This document shows positions 1 to 9,435 of a stretch of DNA of 64,000 bases, one piece after another (within the stretch, counting starts at the first letter, position 1; each line of letters starts with the position of its first letter). Under the pieces are notes generated by a model that saw only the letters and a program-made list of their open reading frames with translations, was not told where the DNA came from and ran no database searches. The position numbers and the translations under genes were made by a program. The DNA is taken from the IMG/VR virus record IMGVR_UViG_2834368228_000004, positions 32,001-96,000 of that record. One strand, written 5' to 3'. This stretch comes from a virus (Duplodnaviria > Caudoviricetes).

Positions 1-1416
1 TGGTGCTAAGACTGTCTGCTCATATCCATTTGCAAAATGAGATTCTTTTTCGAAGCGGACACGAGGTGGCTTATCTTCAAATACTCCATTCTCATTAAAG
101 TCTGCTTTATATTGAGAGTAATAAGCTTTCGCATCTTCCGAAGAATATCTCCAATCTTTAATTGGGAGCATTGGATATGTGTATTTAGGCAGATCACTAT
201 TCATAACATAGTACTCAATCTTATTTGGCCTGTATGGCTGATTCTTTAATTTTAATACATCTGTATAGTGAGCAATTTCATAAACTTCACAATTAGGAAT
301 TCGCTCTTTAATTTCACGTTTCCACTTTTCAACCATAATACTTGGTGAAAAGACCAGTGCTCGATATGGTTTAACAGAACCATCATGACTGCGTACTGAT
401 TGTGTCACATAAGGAGCCACCATACCCAGAGGGGTTTTTCCGGCGCCCATTTCACCTACTATAAAGCAGTAATCATCTTCTTTTAACGTGTTAGCTACTC
501 CCATTACAGTATCTGCTTGTGGCGGGAATAGACCAGTTATACCGTTCTGATTAGCTGTTAGATTCACATCTTTAAAAGCTGGGCTATGCCTGTCTTTATG
601 TGGATCAAAACGAAGAGCAATATTCTGTTGAATACATTCAGCTAAATCTCCTGCAAAATGGCTTAAGTATTGATCAATTGATTCTAGCTTTGATAACACT
701 TCTTCTTGTGTATCATCTTCTAGGAGTGCAAAATCTAATTCATATGATTGTATTCCATTTGTAATGATATTTTCAAGCTGCTCATCAGTAACCCTTAATA
801 GACCAGCTTGGATAGGGGATTCATTACCAAACGTATATACAGATAAATACTCAAAATACTCATTTTCAATCATTTCATCTACAATGTACTCTTTCCATTC
901 TTCAATCATAGGAGTACCATAACGATCATTTAAAATTTTGTAGATTTGAGAATACATGTCACCATCCCAAGCAATAATGAATTCTGCTAAGTCATGAGGT
1001 AATTTTTGACCAGGTGCTGGATGGCCATTTGTTTCAATCCACTGAAAACGTTCACTCGTTTTTTCTTCAATGCTTTTAGAAACAATCAAAGCATGAGAGA
1101 TATCATCAATTCTTTGAGTATGAACCGTATACTTTTTCTTCTTTGTTTCGGTAAATGCTCGAATTCTTTTGTGATTTTTGTCAAATCGATATCCTTCTGC
1201 TCGATGAATCTCTGCAGTTTTATTTCCATCATTAAATAACCATGCAATTTGTTCTACTTTTGATGGACTGCCACTAATGCTAGCTAAATAAATGTGATCT
1301 GTATTGTTTATAGTTGAACTAATTATTAAATCTGTATAAGCTGTTGTTCGAATACCGTATCGGTTTGACCCATACATGCCAATTTCATAAAGCTCATCTG
1401 AATGAAATGTAGTCAC
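1..1416 (-). CDS. SF2 (SNF2/DEAD-like) helicase, N-terminal part; runs off the left edge of the window
   Basis: Not in the ORF track. GTG at 1416 after GGAGG; manual translation gives PPQADTV...GEMGAGKT (Walker A)...ALVFSPSIMVEKWKREI (motif Ia). Confidence 0.8.
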   Translation of the reverse strand, partial: MTTFHSDELYEIGMYGSNRYGIRTTAYTDLIISSTINNTDHIYLASISGSPSKVEQIAWLFNDGNKTAEIHRAEGYRFDKNHKRIRAFTETKKKKYTVHTQRIDDISHALIVSKSIEEKTSERFQWIETNGHPAPGQKLPHDLAEFIIAWDGDMYSQIYKILNDRYGTPMIEEWKEYIVDEMIENEYFEYLSVYTFGNESPIQAGLLRVTDEQLENIITNGIQSYELDFALLEDDTQEEVLSKLESIDQYLSHFAGDLAECIQQNIALRFDPHKDRHSPAFKDVNLTANQNGITGLFPPQADTVMGVANTLKEDDYCFIVGEMGAGKTPLGMVAPYVTQSVRSHDGSVKPYRALVFSPSIMVEKWKREIKERIPNCEVYEIAHYTDVLKLKNQPYRPNKIEYYVMNSDLPKYTYPMLPIKDWRYSSEDAKAYYSQYKADFNENGVFEDKPPRVRFEKESHFANGYEQTVLAP

Positions 1417-1436
1417 AAAAAATCCTCCTTTTTTAT

Positions 1437-2702
1437 TTACATTAATTTATGGAAATTGCCGCTATAATCAAGATATTTTACTGTAATATCATAAAAGTCT
1501 CTTACTTTTGTAGTTGTTTCACCATCTTCATCTTCTTCAATTGTTTCTCTAACTCGCTTTTGAGCTGTTCCTTTTACAAGATGCTGGTTTTCCCCTTTGC
1601 CAATAAATCCATTCAAATGACCTGATGTTAAGAGAAGCATAATATGCCCTTTATGCAAGGCAGTTGGAGCAATTGGATTATCTTCTGTTAATACTTGAGA
1701 ATAACTCTCTTGATAATTATTAATCAAATTACTTTTGTTTAATGCTCCCAAAACTTCTTGGGGTGTAATTGGACCAATACGGAACATCTCAACTGCATCT
1801 TTTGATTGTGTTGGTACAATATAAGAAGCAGCTGCTTGTGGTGAAATTTCCTCAATTTCACGATAGGATGTTAATTTAGTCTCAGCAAGTTGATAACCTT
1901 TGGTTCGATCAATTTTTCCATATTTATTTAATCGCTTTTTAGCAAGAATAATACATTTGTGAGTATAACTATACTCATCTTCCTCCAATCTAATAATCCG
2001 AATATCTTCATACTGATTAGCTAAACGTAATGTTATAGCAGTGTCTATCATCTCTTTTGGAGTAATCATCACAAGAATCCCTCCAGGCATTAGCTGATCC
2101 GTTGCCTTTGCGAGTAAAAAGTTATCTTCACGTTCAAATGTAATGCGCTTCTCTTTCTCTTTTAACACACGTCTAAATGCTAATTTGCGTTCTTTTACAG
2201 CCTTTTCCACTTTCCTCTCAATCTCTTCTGACTGTTTTTTTAATTCTTCTTTACTAATATTTTCAATACCTAAATCAATTTGGTCCACATCTATATTTTG
2301 TCTAACCTTCTCCAATCTTTCTCGTTCTTCAGCTTCAAAGTCGGGCTCAACCAAGTCATCAACTGAAGAAAAAATTTCATCAGTAACTACTTTATTAATA
2401 AACGGATCTACAATAGCAAGTGAAAAGGCTTCTTTTGAGATACGAGATTCTGCCTTATAATGTGAATGAGACACCTTTTCAAAGTCTCCACTATCATTCA
2501 TGGATTCTGCAAGATACAATTCATTTGTAGCTCCATATAAATGCTTATTACCTTCATGCTTCTTAGTTAAAAGCTTAATAGTTTCTCCATTACGTGCACG
2601 ATAATCAACAGCAGTTATTGGTTGATTCTTCGGAAAATCGAGGTACATGGATAAAATCTTTGTAGCATAATTACTCAATGGTCTATTCAAATCGTAATGC
2701 AT
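1437..2702 (-). CDS. DUF6094-like class I SAM-dependent methyltransferase-fold protein with degenerate motifs
   Basis: FLLAKATDQLMPGGILVMITP and C-terminal LHKGHIMLLLTSGHLNG...HLVKG; directly upstream of the helicase. Confidence 0.6.
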   Translation of the reverse strand: MHYDLNRPLSNYATKILSMYLDFPKNQPITAVDYRARNGETIKLLTKKHEGNKHLYGATNELYLAESMNDSGDFEKVSHSHYKAESRISKEAFSLAIVDPFINKVVTDEIFSSVDDLVEPDFEAEERERLEKVRQNIDVDQIDLGIENISKEELKKQSEEIERKVEKAVKERKLAFRRVLKEKEKRITFEREDNFLLAKATDQLMPGGILVMITPKEMIDTAITLRLANQYEDIRIIRLEEDEYSYTHKCIILAKKRLNKYGKIDRTKGYQLAETKLTSYREIEEISPQAAASYIVPTQSKDAVEMFRIGPITPQEVLGALNKSNLINNYQESYSQVLTEDNPIAPTALHKGHIMLLLTSGHLNGFIGKGENQHLVKGTAQKRVRETIEEDEDGETTTKVRDFYDITVKYLDYSGNFHKLM

Positions 2703-2719
2703 TTCAAATTCCCCCTTTT

Positions 2720-3136
2720 TTATTTATAAACAATATATTGCTTCAAATCTTGAATAACCGCATCAATTAAAGCGATAGGAACACCGGCATTAATAAATCC
2801 GAAAACATGCTTTAGTTTACGTCCATGATAAGATTTCTTATCAACAAAAATATCTCTAAATTCAGAAGGGCTATCTTTCTTTTCCGTTTCTGTAATAACA
2901 AAAGGAACAGGTGAGCTTAATTCATAAAATGAATCAGACTGAAGCTCAAAACGAACCAATACTCGATACCAACTCCCTTCGATATTGAAACGTTTATTCA
3001 AAATTTGAAACTTATTAGATGCCCTGTGATCACGGTACCAGCCTGCTTGAATCATATTGGGAAAAGTACCCTTATGAATATCTTTAAGTTTAACAGGTGA
3101 TGATAAATATAAATAAGCTGTAGCTAAATCCATCAT
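2720..3136 (-). CDS. hypothetical protein
   Basis: 138-aa ORF with RBS and an upstream TG-n-TATAAT promoter. Confidence 0.7.
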   Translation of the reverse strand: MMDLATAYLYLSSPVKLKDIHKGTFPNMIQAGWYRDHRASNKFQILNKRFNIEGSWYRVLVRFELQSDSFYELSSPVPFVITETEKKDSPSEFRDIFVDKKSYHGRKLKHVFGFINAGVPIALIDAVIQDLKQYIVYK

Positions 3137-3153
3137 TGTCTAACACTCCTATA

Positions 3154-3169
3154 ATGTAATGCATTACAT
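3154..3169. promoter_or_regulatory. perfect palindromic operator ATGTAATGCATTACAT immediately downstream of an extended -10 (TGTTATAAT, minus strand)
   Basis: 16-bp perfect palindrome; the core recurs more than 10 times, mostly between genes. Confidence 0.75.
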
Positions 3170-3235
3170 ATTATAACATGAAAATAGCGATCTGCGAACA
3201 AAAATCCACAAATCGCTAAAGAATTTAAGAGTATG

Positions 3236-3667
3236 CTATGAATTTTTCAGTTTTCCTGCCATATCCTCAATAAGATCTTGTGCGCTTTTATATCCTTTTG
3301 GATTAATTTTCATATTATAGTATGCAAATGATAAAACTGTTTCGATCAGTTGTGATTTTGTAATAGGATTACCACCATTTTTCCTATTCTGTTTACTAAA
3401 ATTAGATAAAAAATCATTTAAATCATAATTGTATAATTGCAAGTTAGTAGCAATTGGCATGATACCATAAGCTTCTTCACTTGCATCTGGATGTTTCACT
3501 TGTATTGCTTTACTAGGTAATTTGCTTGACTCCACTTCAATTGTTTGACTTTGTATAGGTTCTACTGCAGGTTTAGTTTCTGCTTTATTCACCTGTACTG
3601 TAGGTTGTATTACAGCAGATCCTTGTTGATGTGCTTGTCTTAGTAAGTCTTTTGCTCCCATAATCAC
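3236..3667 (-). CDS. hypothetical protein
   Basis: 143-aa ORF with RBS. Confidence 0.7.
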   Translation of the reverse strand: MIMGAKDLLRQAHQQGSAVIQPTVQVNKAETKPAVEPIQSQTIEVESSKLPSKAIQVKHPDASEEAYGIMPIATNLQLYNYDLNDFLSNFSKQNRKNGGNPITKSQLIETVLSFAYYNMKINPKGYKSAQDLIEDMAGKLKNS

Positions 3668-3748
3668 TCCTCCTATCGTTATGTATTATTTAATCATACC
3701 TAACGATTTAAAAGCAACTTTTTGTAAGGAAATATATTGTGTTATAAT

Positions 3749-4420
3749 TTATACAGGCTGTGGTATATTTTGATTTTGTGTATTACTTTGGTTGAGAAGT
3801 GCTTGCAGTCTATTCTCTACAGCCATGAGTTCTTCTAACGATAGTTCGTGGAAATTAGAAAACGGTCGGACTGATTGTGCACACACATTTTGTAAGTATT
3901 CTCCTGTATATCCTAATTGATTTAATTGTATAATAAGATTATTAACATGGTTATCATGCTGCTGTCGTTGTTTTCTTGCTTCTTCTACATATTGCACTTT
4001 TTCCATTTCTTCCTTAGAAGCAGAATTAGAATGATATCCAAGGTTATCTAAAGCTCGGCCAACTGCAGATTCTTCCGCATTTTCTACCCAAGCATTTCGG
4101 TCTGCACCATTTCCACCGGCAATTGATAAAGAGTATCCAGCAGCATCAGATTTTGCTAAGATTGCAATGGAAGACATAATTGTTCCAGCATTTTGTTGTG
4201 TTGCCTTTTGCGCTATATTCGATATACTTTCTATTGCTTCAACAGATAATTCATCTCTTACCTTTTTGTCTTTCCATATAAGAGCTCCAATTAATGCGTA
4301 ATTGAAGGACTGAGTTGGATCTGACAAGAACATAGGTAAAATAAGGCTGTCAGGAAAATCATTTTTTAATCGTGATTTTCTTTCTTTGACTGTTTCATAG
4401 TTTTCTAATTTCTTGGCCAT
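3749..4420 (-). CDS. Rad52/Sak-like single-strand annealing protein (putative)
   Basis: N-terminal YETVKER and WVENAEESAVGRALDNLG resemble phage Sak-type annealers. Confidence 0.5.
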   Translation of the reverse strand: MAKKLENYETVKERKSRLKNDFPDSLILPMFLSDPTQSFNYALIGALIWKDKKVRDELSVEAIESISNIAQKATQQNAGTIMSSIAILAKSDAAGYSLSIAGGNGADRNAWVENAEESAVGRALDNLGYHSNSASKEEMEKVQYVEEARKQRQQHDNHVNNLIIQLNQLGYTGEYLQNVCAQSVRPFSNFHELSLEELMAVENRLQALLNQSNTQNQNIPQPV

Positions 4421-4422
4421 AT

Positions 4423-4866
4423 CTATTCTCCTTTTGTATATTCTGATATATCTTTAATGCGACCAGATTTAACAGGATCGTTTTCACGTACTAACTTAGC
4501 GATAGATATTAGAGCTGACTCCGCTGTGTTACTACCAATTCCGTTCGCAAAATCCGTAACAATATCATGAATATCATTTACTCTTAGTAAATGCTCTCCA
4601 ACATGATTGCAATAAATGGCTTTATCAAAATCCTTACGGGAATATTGAATTAAGGATGCACCATTAATGGTTTTGTGATAATCAAATGGAATGTTATTCT
4701 TTTTCAAAAAAACTGGAAATGTATTTGTTAAATAACCTGATTTGACTGCTACTAAGCCATTATTGCGAACAATAGATTTAGTAGAATGGCTCTTTTCAAT
4801 TGCAGATAAATATGTTTCCAATACTTCTGTTATATAAATTTCTGGAAAAATGATTAAATGATTCAT
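4423..4866 (-). CDS. hypothetical protein (start revised to ATG 4866)
   Basis: AGGAG RBS upstream of MNHLII. Confidence 0.6.
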   Translation of the reverse strand: MNHLIIFPEIYITEVLETYLSAIEKSHSTKSIVRNNGLVAVKSGYLTNTFPVFLKKNNIPFDYHKTINGASLIQYSRKDFDKAIYCNHVGEHLLRVNDIHDIVTDFANGIGSNTAESALISIAKLVRENDPVKSGRIKDISEYTKGE

Positions 4867-4879
4867 ATTAAAAATCTCC

Positions 4880-5308
4880 TTATGTCTGAAAAGCTGTTGT
4901 AAGTTGCTGATCGTATCTTGCTTGCCTAAGTTTTTCTTTAATTGCATCATAAGATACTACCATTAAATCGGATATTTGACGAATATATAAATCTAACTCT
5001 ATAGGATCCTGGATCGTTAAAAGAACACCGATTATCTTGCTCAAACGCTCCTGTTGGGTTTGATTGATTTCATTGTAATGGTAAAGAATATTTTCTTGTG
5101 TTTCCTTATACACTTTAGTTATCTTATATTGACTTATTGGCTGTGTAAATTTATGAATATGATTTAATAAGCTTTCATTATAGTAGCCAAAAGAGATACA
5201 TAAAGAATCAGGATCCATACCATTTTCTAATGGATAGATAAATGTCTCAATATTATGTGCAGCTAATAGCTTATCATCTCTTTCTGCAGCTATTATACCA
5301 GCTGGGTC
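4880..5308 (-). CDS. dnaG: DNA primase, exon 2
   Basis: Reads DPAGIIAAERDDKLLAAHNIETFIYPLENGMDPDSLC, in frame with ORF 4880..5218; completes the TOPRIM DGD and DPD motifs. Confidence 0.85.
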   Translation of the reverse strand, partial: DPAGIIAAERDDKLLAAHNIETFIYPLENGMDPDSLCISFGYYNESLLNHIHKFTQPISQYKITKVYKETQENILYHYNEINQTQQERLSKIIGVLLTIQDPIELDLYIRQISDLMVVSYDAIKEKLRQARYDQQLTTAFQT

Positions 5309-5996
5309 CAGTTTGTTATCGTAAGGTTTTTTATCCTTACTTCTAGCCCATTACAGACTAGCTCGGCATATCTCTTCACCCACATCACTATATGTTTGGG
5401 TGGTGCGGCCTCGTGCCAGGATTATAGTCTGTTACTACAGGTTCACCTGGTATGCTCTGCCCCTGACTAAATCTTTACATTTAGCCTTCGGTTCGGGTTG
5501 CCCTTTCAATCAGGGAGGGTTTTCCCGCTTAGTTCCGCACTTATAATTCAACTAATTTCTTAATTGAACGGCAACACTTCATTATCGGTTAATAAGCGAA
5601 ATAAATCGTTCACGTTTCCTTGGAAGAGAAAAAGTTGAATCCTTATAAACATAATTATAAAACTTTAAAGCATTTCCTCTACCGCAATACTTTAAGTTAT
5701 ATATATTATCTCCATTTTTCTTTCTCTTAGTAAACTTTACGTTTGGATTTAAACCAGCTTCTTGAAGGTGACTTCTAATGTTTGAAAGTAAATTGTAAGT
5801 TCCGTCCACTGAGTAATGCCACATTCTTTTTCAATTTCAGGATTCCTACATCCATTTAAGTACATTTCAATAATCTTTTTTTCAATCTCTGGCTTAATTT
5901 TATTCCGTGTCAATTTATCTCATCCTTTGTCTCTTTGAGGTGTTTTTTATACATCTCAAGTATAACAAATAATTAACTGAAAATAAAGAAAATTCT
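5309..5996 (-). mobile_element. group I intron (688 nt) in dnaG
   Basis: Exon 1 ends in U (GAT GGT|) and the intron ends in G (AAACTG|GAC). P/Q/R/S-like core words: AAGCGGGAAA, GGCAACCCG, AACAGACTA, AAGAGATATGCCGA. Splicing restores MRDG-DPAG. Confidence 0.85.
5582..5913 (-). pseudogene. internally deleted LAGLIDADG homing endonuclease remnant inside the intron
   Basis: N-terminal HTH-like piece (LTRNKIKPEIEKKIIEMYLNG) joined out of frame to a C-terminal piece (YNLKYCGRGNALKFYNYVYKDSTFSLPRK); no LAGLIDADG motifs remain. Confidence 0.6.
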
Positions 5997-6902
5997 ACCA
6001 TCTCTCATTAGGATGACCTTCTTTGCCCCGGCACGCTTTAACAATTCAATCTGTGCTTGAGATAAAGCAACTCCCATTGTGGATACAGCATGCTTTAATC
6101 CATGACGATGTAAACTGATAACATCGGTCCATCCTTCAACAATTACAGCAGTTTTTGCTTCTCTTATATACTCTTTAGCGATGTGCATACCATATAGATG
6201 GTTTCTTTTATCAAAATTCTTCATGTCTTTATATTTTGGTACGAAGGATTTTCCATTACTTTTATTCTCTACATTTAATTCGTTTAATACACTTTGACCA
6301 AAAGGAACACGGCCAGTAAAAGAAACGATTTCACCGTGATAGTTAAACATAGGAAAAACAATTCGATTCTTTACATTAATAAAATTAGAATGAGGTTCTT
6401 TACCTCCATAGCCAAGTTTCCAAACCTTCATATCTAAGTGTGTAATACCACGATTACCTAAATACTGTAGAGACCTTTGATGTTCGCATAAATTCATATG
6501 AAATGCTTCTGAAACACGACTCATTAAATTAAAATAATCTCTTCTTTGATTAACAGCAGCTTGTTCTTCAGGCGACAATTGAGGGAGTGGGATTCCAACC
6601 ATTGACGCAAGCATTTCTACAGATTCTCCAAATGTAATGTTATTTATATGTTTTAAGAAAGATATGACATCACATGCAGTTACTTCCGAATGATTCTTGC
6701 TACCGGCTCCGCAAGCATGACAATAAAATGTATTATTATCAGAATTAACTTGCATGCTCGGTGTCTGATCATCATGAAAAGGACAGATGGCCAGATGAGA
6801 ATGCCCCATTTGCTCAACTTGGATATATTGAGACATAATATCAACAATATTAGCTCGCTGCTTTAATTCTTCAATAAACTCTGAGGGATAGTGTTGTGCC
6901 AT
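5997..6902 (-). CDS. dnaG: DNA primase, exon 1
   Basis: Zinc-binding CPFHDDQTPS...FYCHACG; RIVFP, FTGR, VEGWTDVISL, AVSTMG. Confidence 0.92.
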
Positions 6903-7196
6903 TTATGTGAAGCACCTCCTACTGTAAGATTGCAATAAAAATCTTTCTGTAATTAATAACTTAAAATTATTTTCTCATCATCATCTGAATCTAACTCAAC
7001 TTCATCAAGAGGAGCTTCTATATTTCTTACTGCTAATGCAACTTCATAATTTTGAGGATAGCATTTCAATTCATCAATCAATTTCTCTACTGTCCATTTC
7101 TCCTTCAAATCGATTCACTCCTTTATTTCATATATTAGATGAAATCATCTATCTTTTTTGCTGTTTGATTAAAACATCAAATTTTTATTGGATTGA

Positions 7197-7418
7197 CTAT
7201 TCATATCTGGGTTGGCCAATAATATTTACTAGGACTCTTTTTTGCTTGTGAGTAAGGGGGACTCCTGTTTTGGCTTTATTATAAACATCTGTAGCCATAT
7301 CTTTATAATCATTATCAGGTATATCTAAATTTAATTCATCAATTATTTGAACTAATGTTTCTTTACTTAATGATTGTAGTTGAGTATATATCCATTCAAT
7401 CTGTGATAGGTAAGACAT
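7197..7418 (-). CDS. hypothetical protein
   Basis: 73-aa ORF with G-rich RBS. Confidence 0.6.
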   Translation of the reverse strand: MSYLSQIEWIYTQLQSLSKETLVQIIDELNLDIPDNDYKDMATDVYNKAKTGVPLTHKQKRVLVNIIGQPRYE

Positions 7419-7904
7419 TTCTATTACCCCCCCTTATTTCACATTCTATTCGGACTTTTAATTAAAACCTTTCTGTCAGCAGTACATCTTGTTCGTGAGT
7501 AGGTTTGTCGCTTTCGATTCTAAACAACTTATTCACAGCTGCTTTATCGCCTTCATCATTCAAAAGATACACTGTTGCGTTTGGATTTCTAACCTGTAAT
7601 TCTTCTATCAATTGTTTTACTTTCATCATCTACACTCCTCCGCATTTTCTGTCAAATTCGAATTTTAGTCGGACTACTAAATAACATTCCGTTCAGCTAT
7701 CCAGCATTCGTCTCTGAATTTCTTTTGTTTAAGAGATTCTTCACGACAATTGAATGCCTTGCCTTCGTCAGCAAATACACCTTTTATCTCAATCTGATGG
7801 TCTCTCAAATAATGTTCATACAAGACGATAAAAACAGTCATTTTATTTCACCTCTCCTGTCGCATCTTCTATCGACTTCGAATTTTAATCGGAATTTGGA
7901 TTAC

Positions 7905-8105
7905 TTAAAGACCGTAATTTTCTCCAAAATCAGCTAAATGGTCTTGCAAAAACTCTGCAAACTCTTCAATAAATTGAGGGTCATTAACCATCTTTTTTAC
8001 GCCTTCTTTTGTCTTTTCAACGTTTGATGATACGTGCATCCCTTCATCGTCTAAATACTCCAACATATGTTCCATAGTGATTTCATAAGCGTTTCTAATA
8101 TCCAT
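7905..8105 (-). CDS. hypothetical protein
   Basis: 66-aa ORF with AAGGAG RBS. Confidence 0.6.
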   Translation of the reverse strand: MDIRNAYEITMEHMLEYLDDEGMHVSSNVEKTKEGVKKMVNDPQFIEEFAEFLQDHLADFGENYGL

Positions 8106-8312
8106 ATTTTTAGCTCCTTTACTCTACATTTTTTATCGAATATAAATCAAATCGTTTCAAATATTATATATCATTCATAATAAGTTGCATTTCATAGATT
8201 GCTTTTTTAGACAAGGACTGTTTATCCTTGTTTAACCACTCTTCACGCTTTTTCAAATTTGCTCATTTAATATCTCCCCTTTTCTCACTAGGAGAAGTAG
8301 TCTCTAAAACAT

Positions 8313-8322
8313 GCCGATAGGC
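8313..8322 (+). promoter_or_regulatory. GCC-GNNA-GGC mini-hairpin motif; other copies at 22611, 28396, 40899, 45458, 50111, 50700
   Basis: Seven copies, all in the same orientation, at gene junctions in the leftward arm. Confidence 0.7.
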
Positions 8323-8335
8323 AGTAAAGAAATTA

Positions 8336-9343
8336 CTACTCTAAGTTTAGAACATATCGAAATGCATCATTAATTAACTTTGTAATAGTATTTCTGAATT
8401 CTATTCGAGATAAGGCTAAAGCATGGTTTGGTTGATCTAAGAAACTATCCAATACACTTATAATATTTTGTTGAGCTAAGCGGATTCTCTTAGGATCTAA
8501 ATCAAACTTACCTCTATTATTATCCAATTCGCTACGAAGAATTTCATTTTCTTCTTGTAGTTTTGTCTTTTCTTCAAGATAAACATTACGCTCGTCAATT
8601 AACTGTTGAATTAATTCTTTGTTTTGAATGGTAGAAAGTTGTTCAGATAAGTCTTTTAAGTAAATAATATTTTGATGGATACTTTCATTCATAACAGCTA
8701 AGACTTCTCTATCCTGATGTGTCAATAAATTCTCTGGTGTAGGAACATGAGAAGATTGTTTTAAAAACAATTGAATTTTGTCATCAAGATTTAAATCGCC
8801 AGCGGAAAAGTCAATGCTCTTTTGAGGAACAAATTCTTTTTGCTTATCTGATTCTTCCTCATTTATTGCTGGCTCCTCTATGTGCTCTTCTACTTTATTT
8901 TCTGTTTTAATTTCATCTTCAACATTATCTTTAACAGGAGCTTCTTGTTCAACTTCTTCCACTTGCTGTCCCTGTTGTTCTTCCTTTTTTGAATTACTTT
9001 CAACAGTATCTAAAGCATTAGAGAAATCTTTCATTTTCTCTTGTAGTATAGTTCTATATTGATCTATATTGCCAGAGGTGAATATCTTTTTCTCAGGTAA
9101 GGCTTCTTGTTTCGAATCAGGCAAATAATAAAATTTACGATTATATTTTCCACGTTTATTTGAAAGTAACAAGCGTCCTTCATTTACAAGATTTTTAATA
9201 TGATAGTCAACTGTAGGACCTTTAACTCCATATTTTTTAGCTATCTCAGCAGTATTTATGAAGACTTCATCTTCGTTTCCATTTTCAAAAATATCAAGTA
9301 CATCATTATAAATTGTTTCTCTGTTTAATTGTTTTGAAGACAT
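8336..9343 (-). CDS. winged-HTH DNA-binding protein with coiled-coil C-terminus
   Basis: TAEIAKKYGVKGPTVDYHIKNLVNEG HTH, acidic linker, heptad region. Confidence 0.7.
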   Translation of the reverse strand: MSSKQLNRETIYNDVLDIFENGNEDEVFINTAEIAKKYGVKGPTVDYHIKNLVNEGRLLLSNKRGKYNRKFYYLPDSKQEALPEKKIFTSGNIDQYRTILQEKMKDFSNALDTVESNSKKEEQQGQQVEEVEQEAPVKDNVEDEIKTENKVEEHIEEPAINEEESDKQKEFVPQKSIDFSAGDLNLDDKIQLFLKQSSHVPTPENLLTHQDREVLAVMNESIHQNIIYLKDLSEQLSTIQNKELIQQLIDERNVYLEEKTKLQEENEILRSELDNNRGKFDLDPKRIRLAQQNIISVLDSFLDQPNHALALSRIEFRNTITKLINDAFRYVLNLE

Positions 9344-9435
9344 CTAAATTCCACCTCTCAAAAAGTTAGGTACTAACCATTATATACATGTCTCTGCAAA
9401 TATAGTCAAGTTAGTACCTGTAATGAGATTATATT

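Noticed and set aside
3154-3169. Palindrome as a CcpA cre site
   Set aside because: The centre is GC, not the conserved CG of cre
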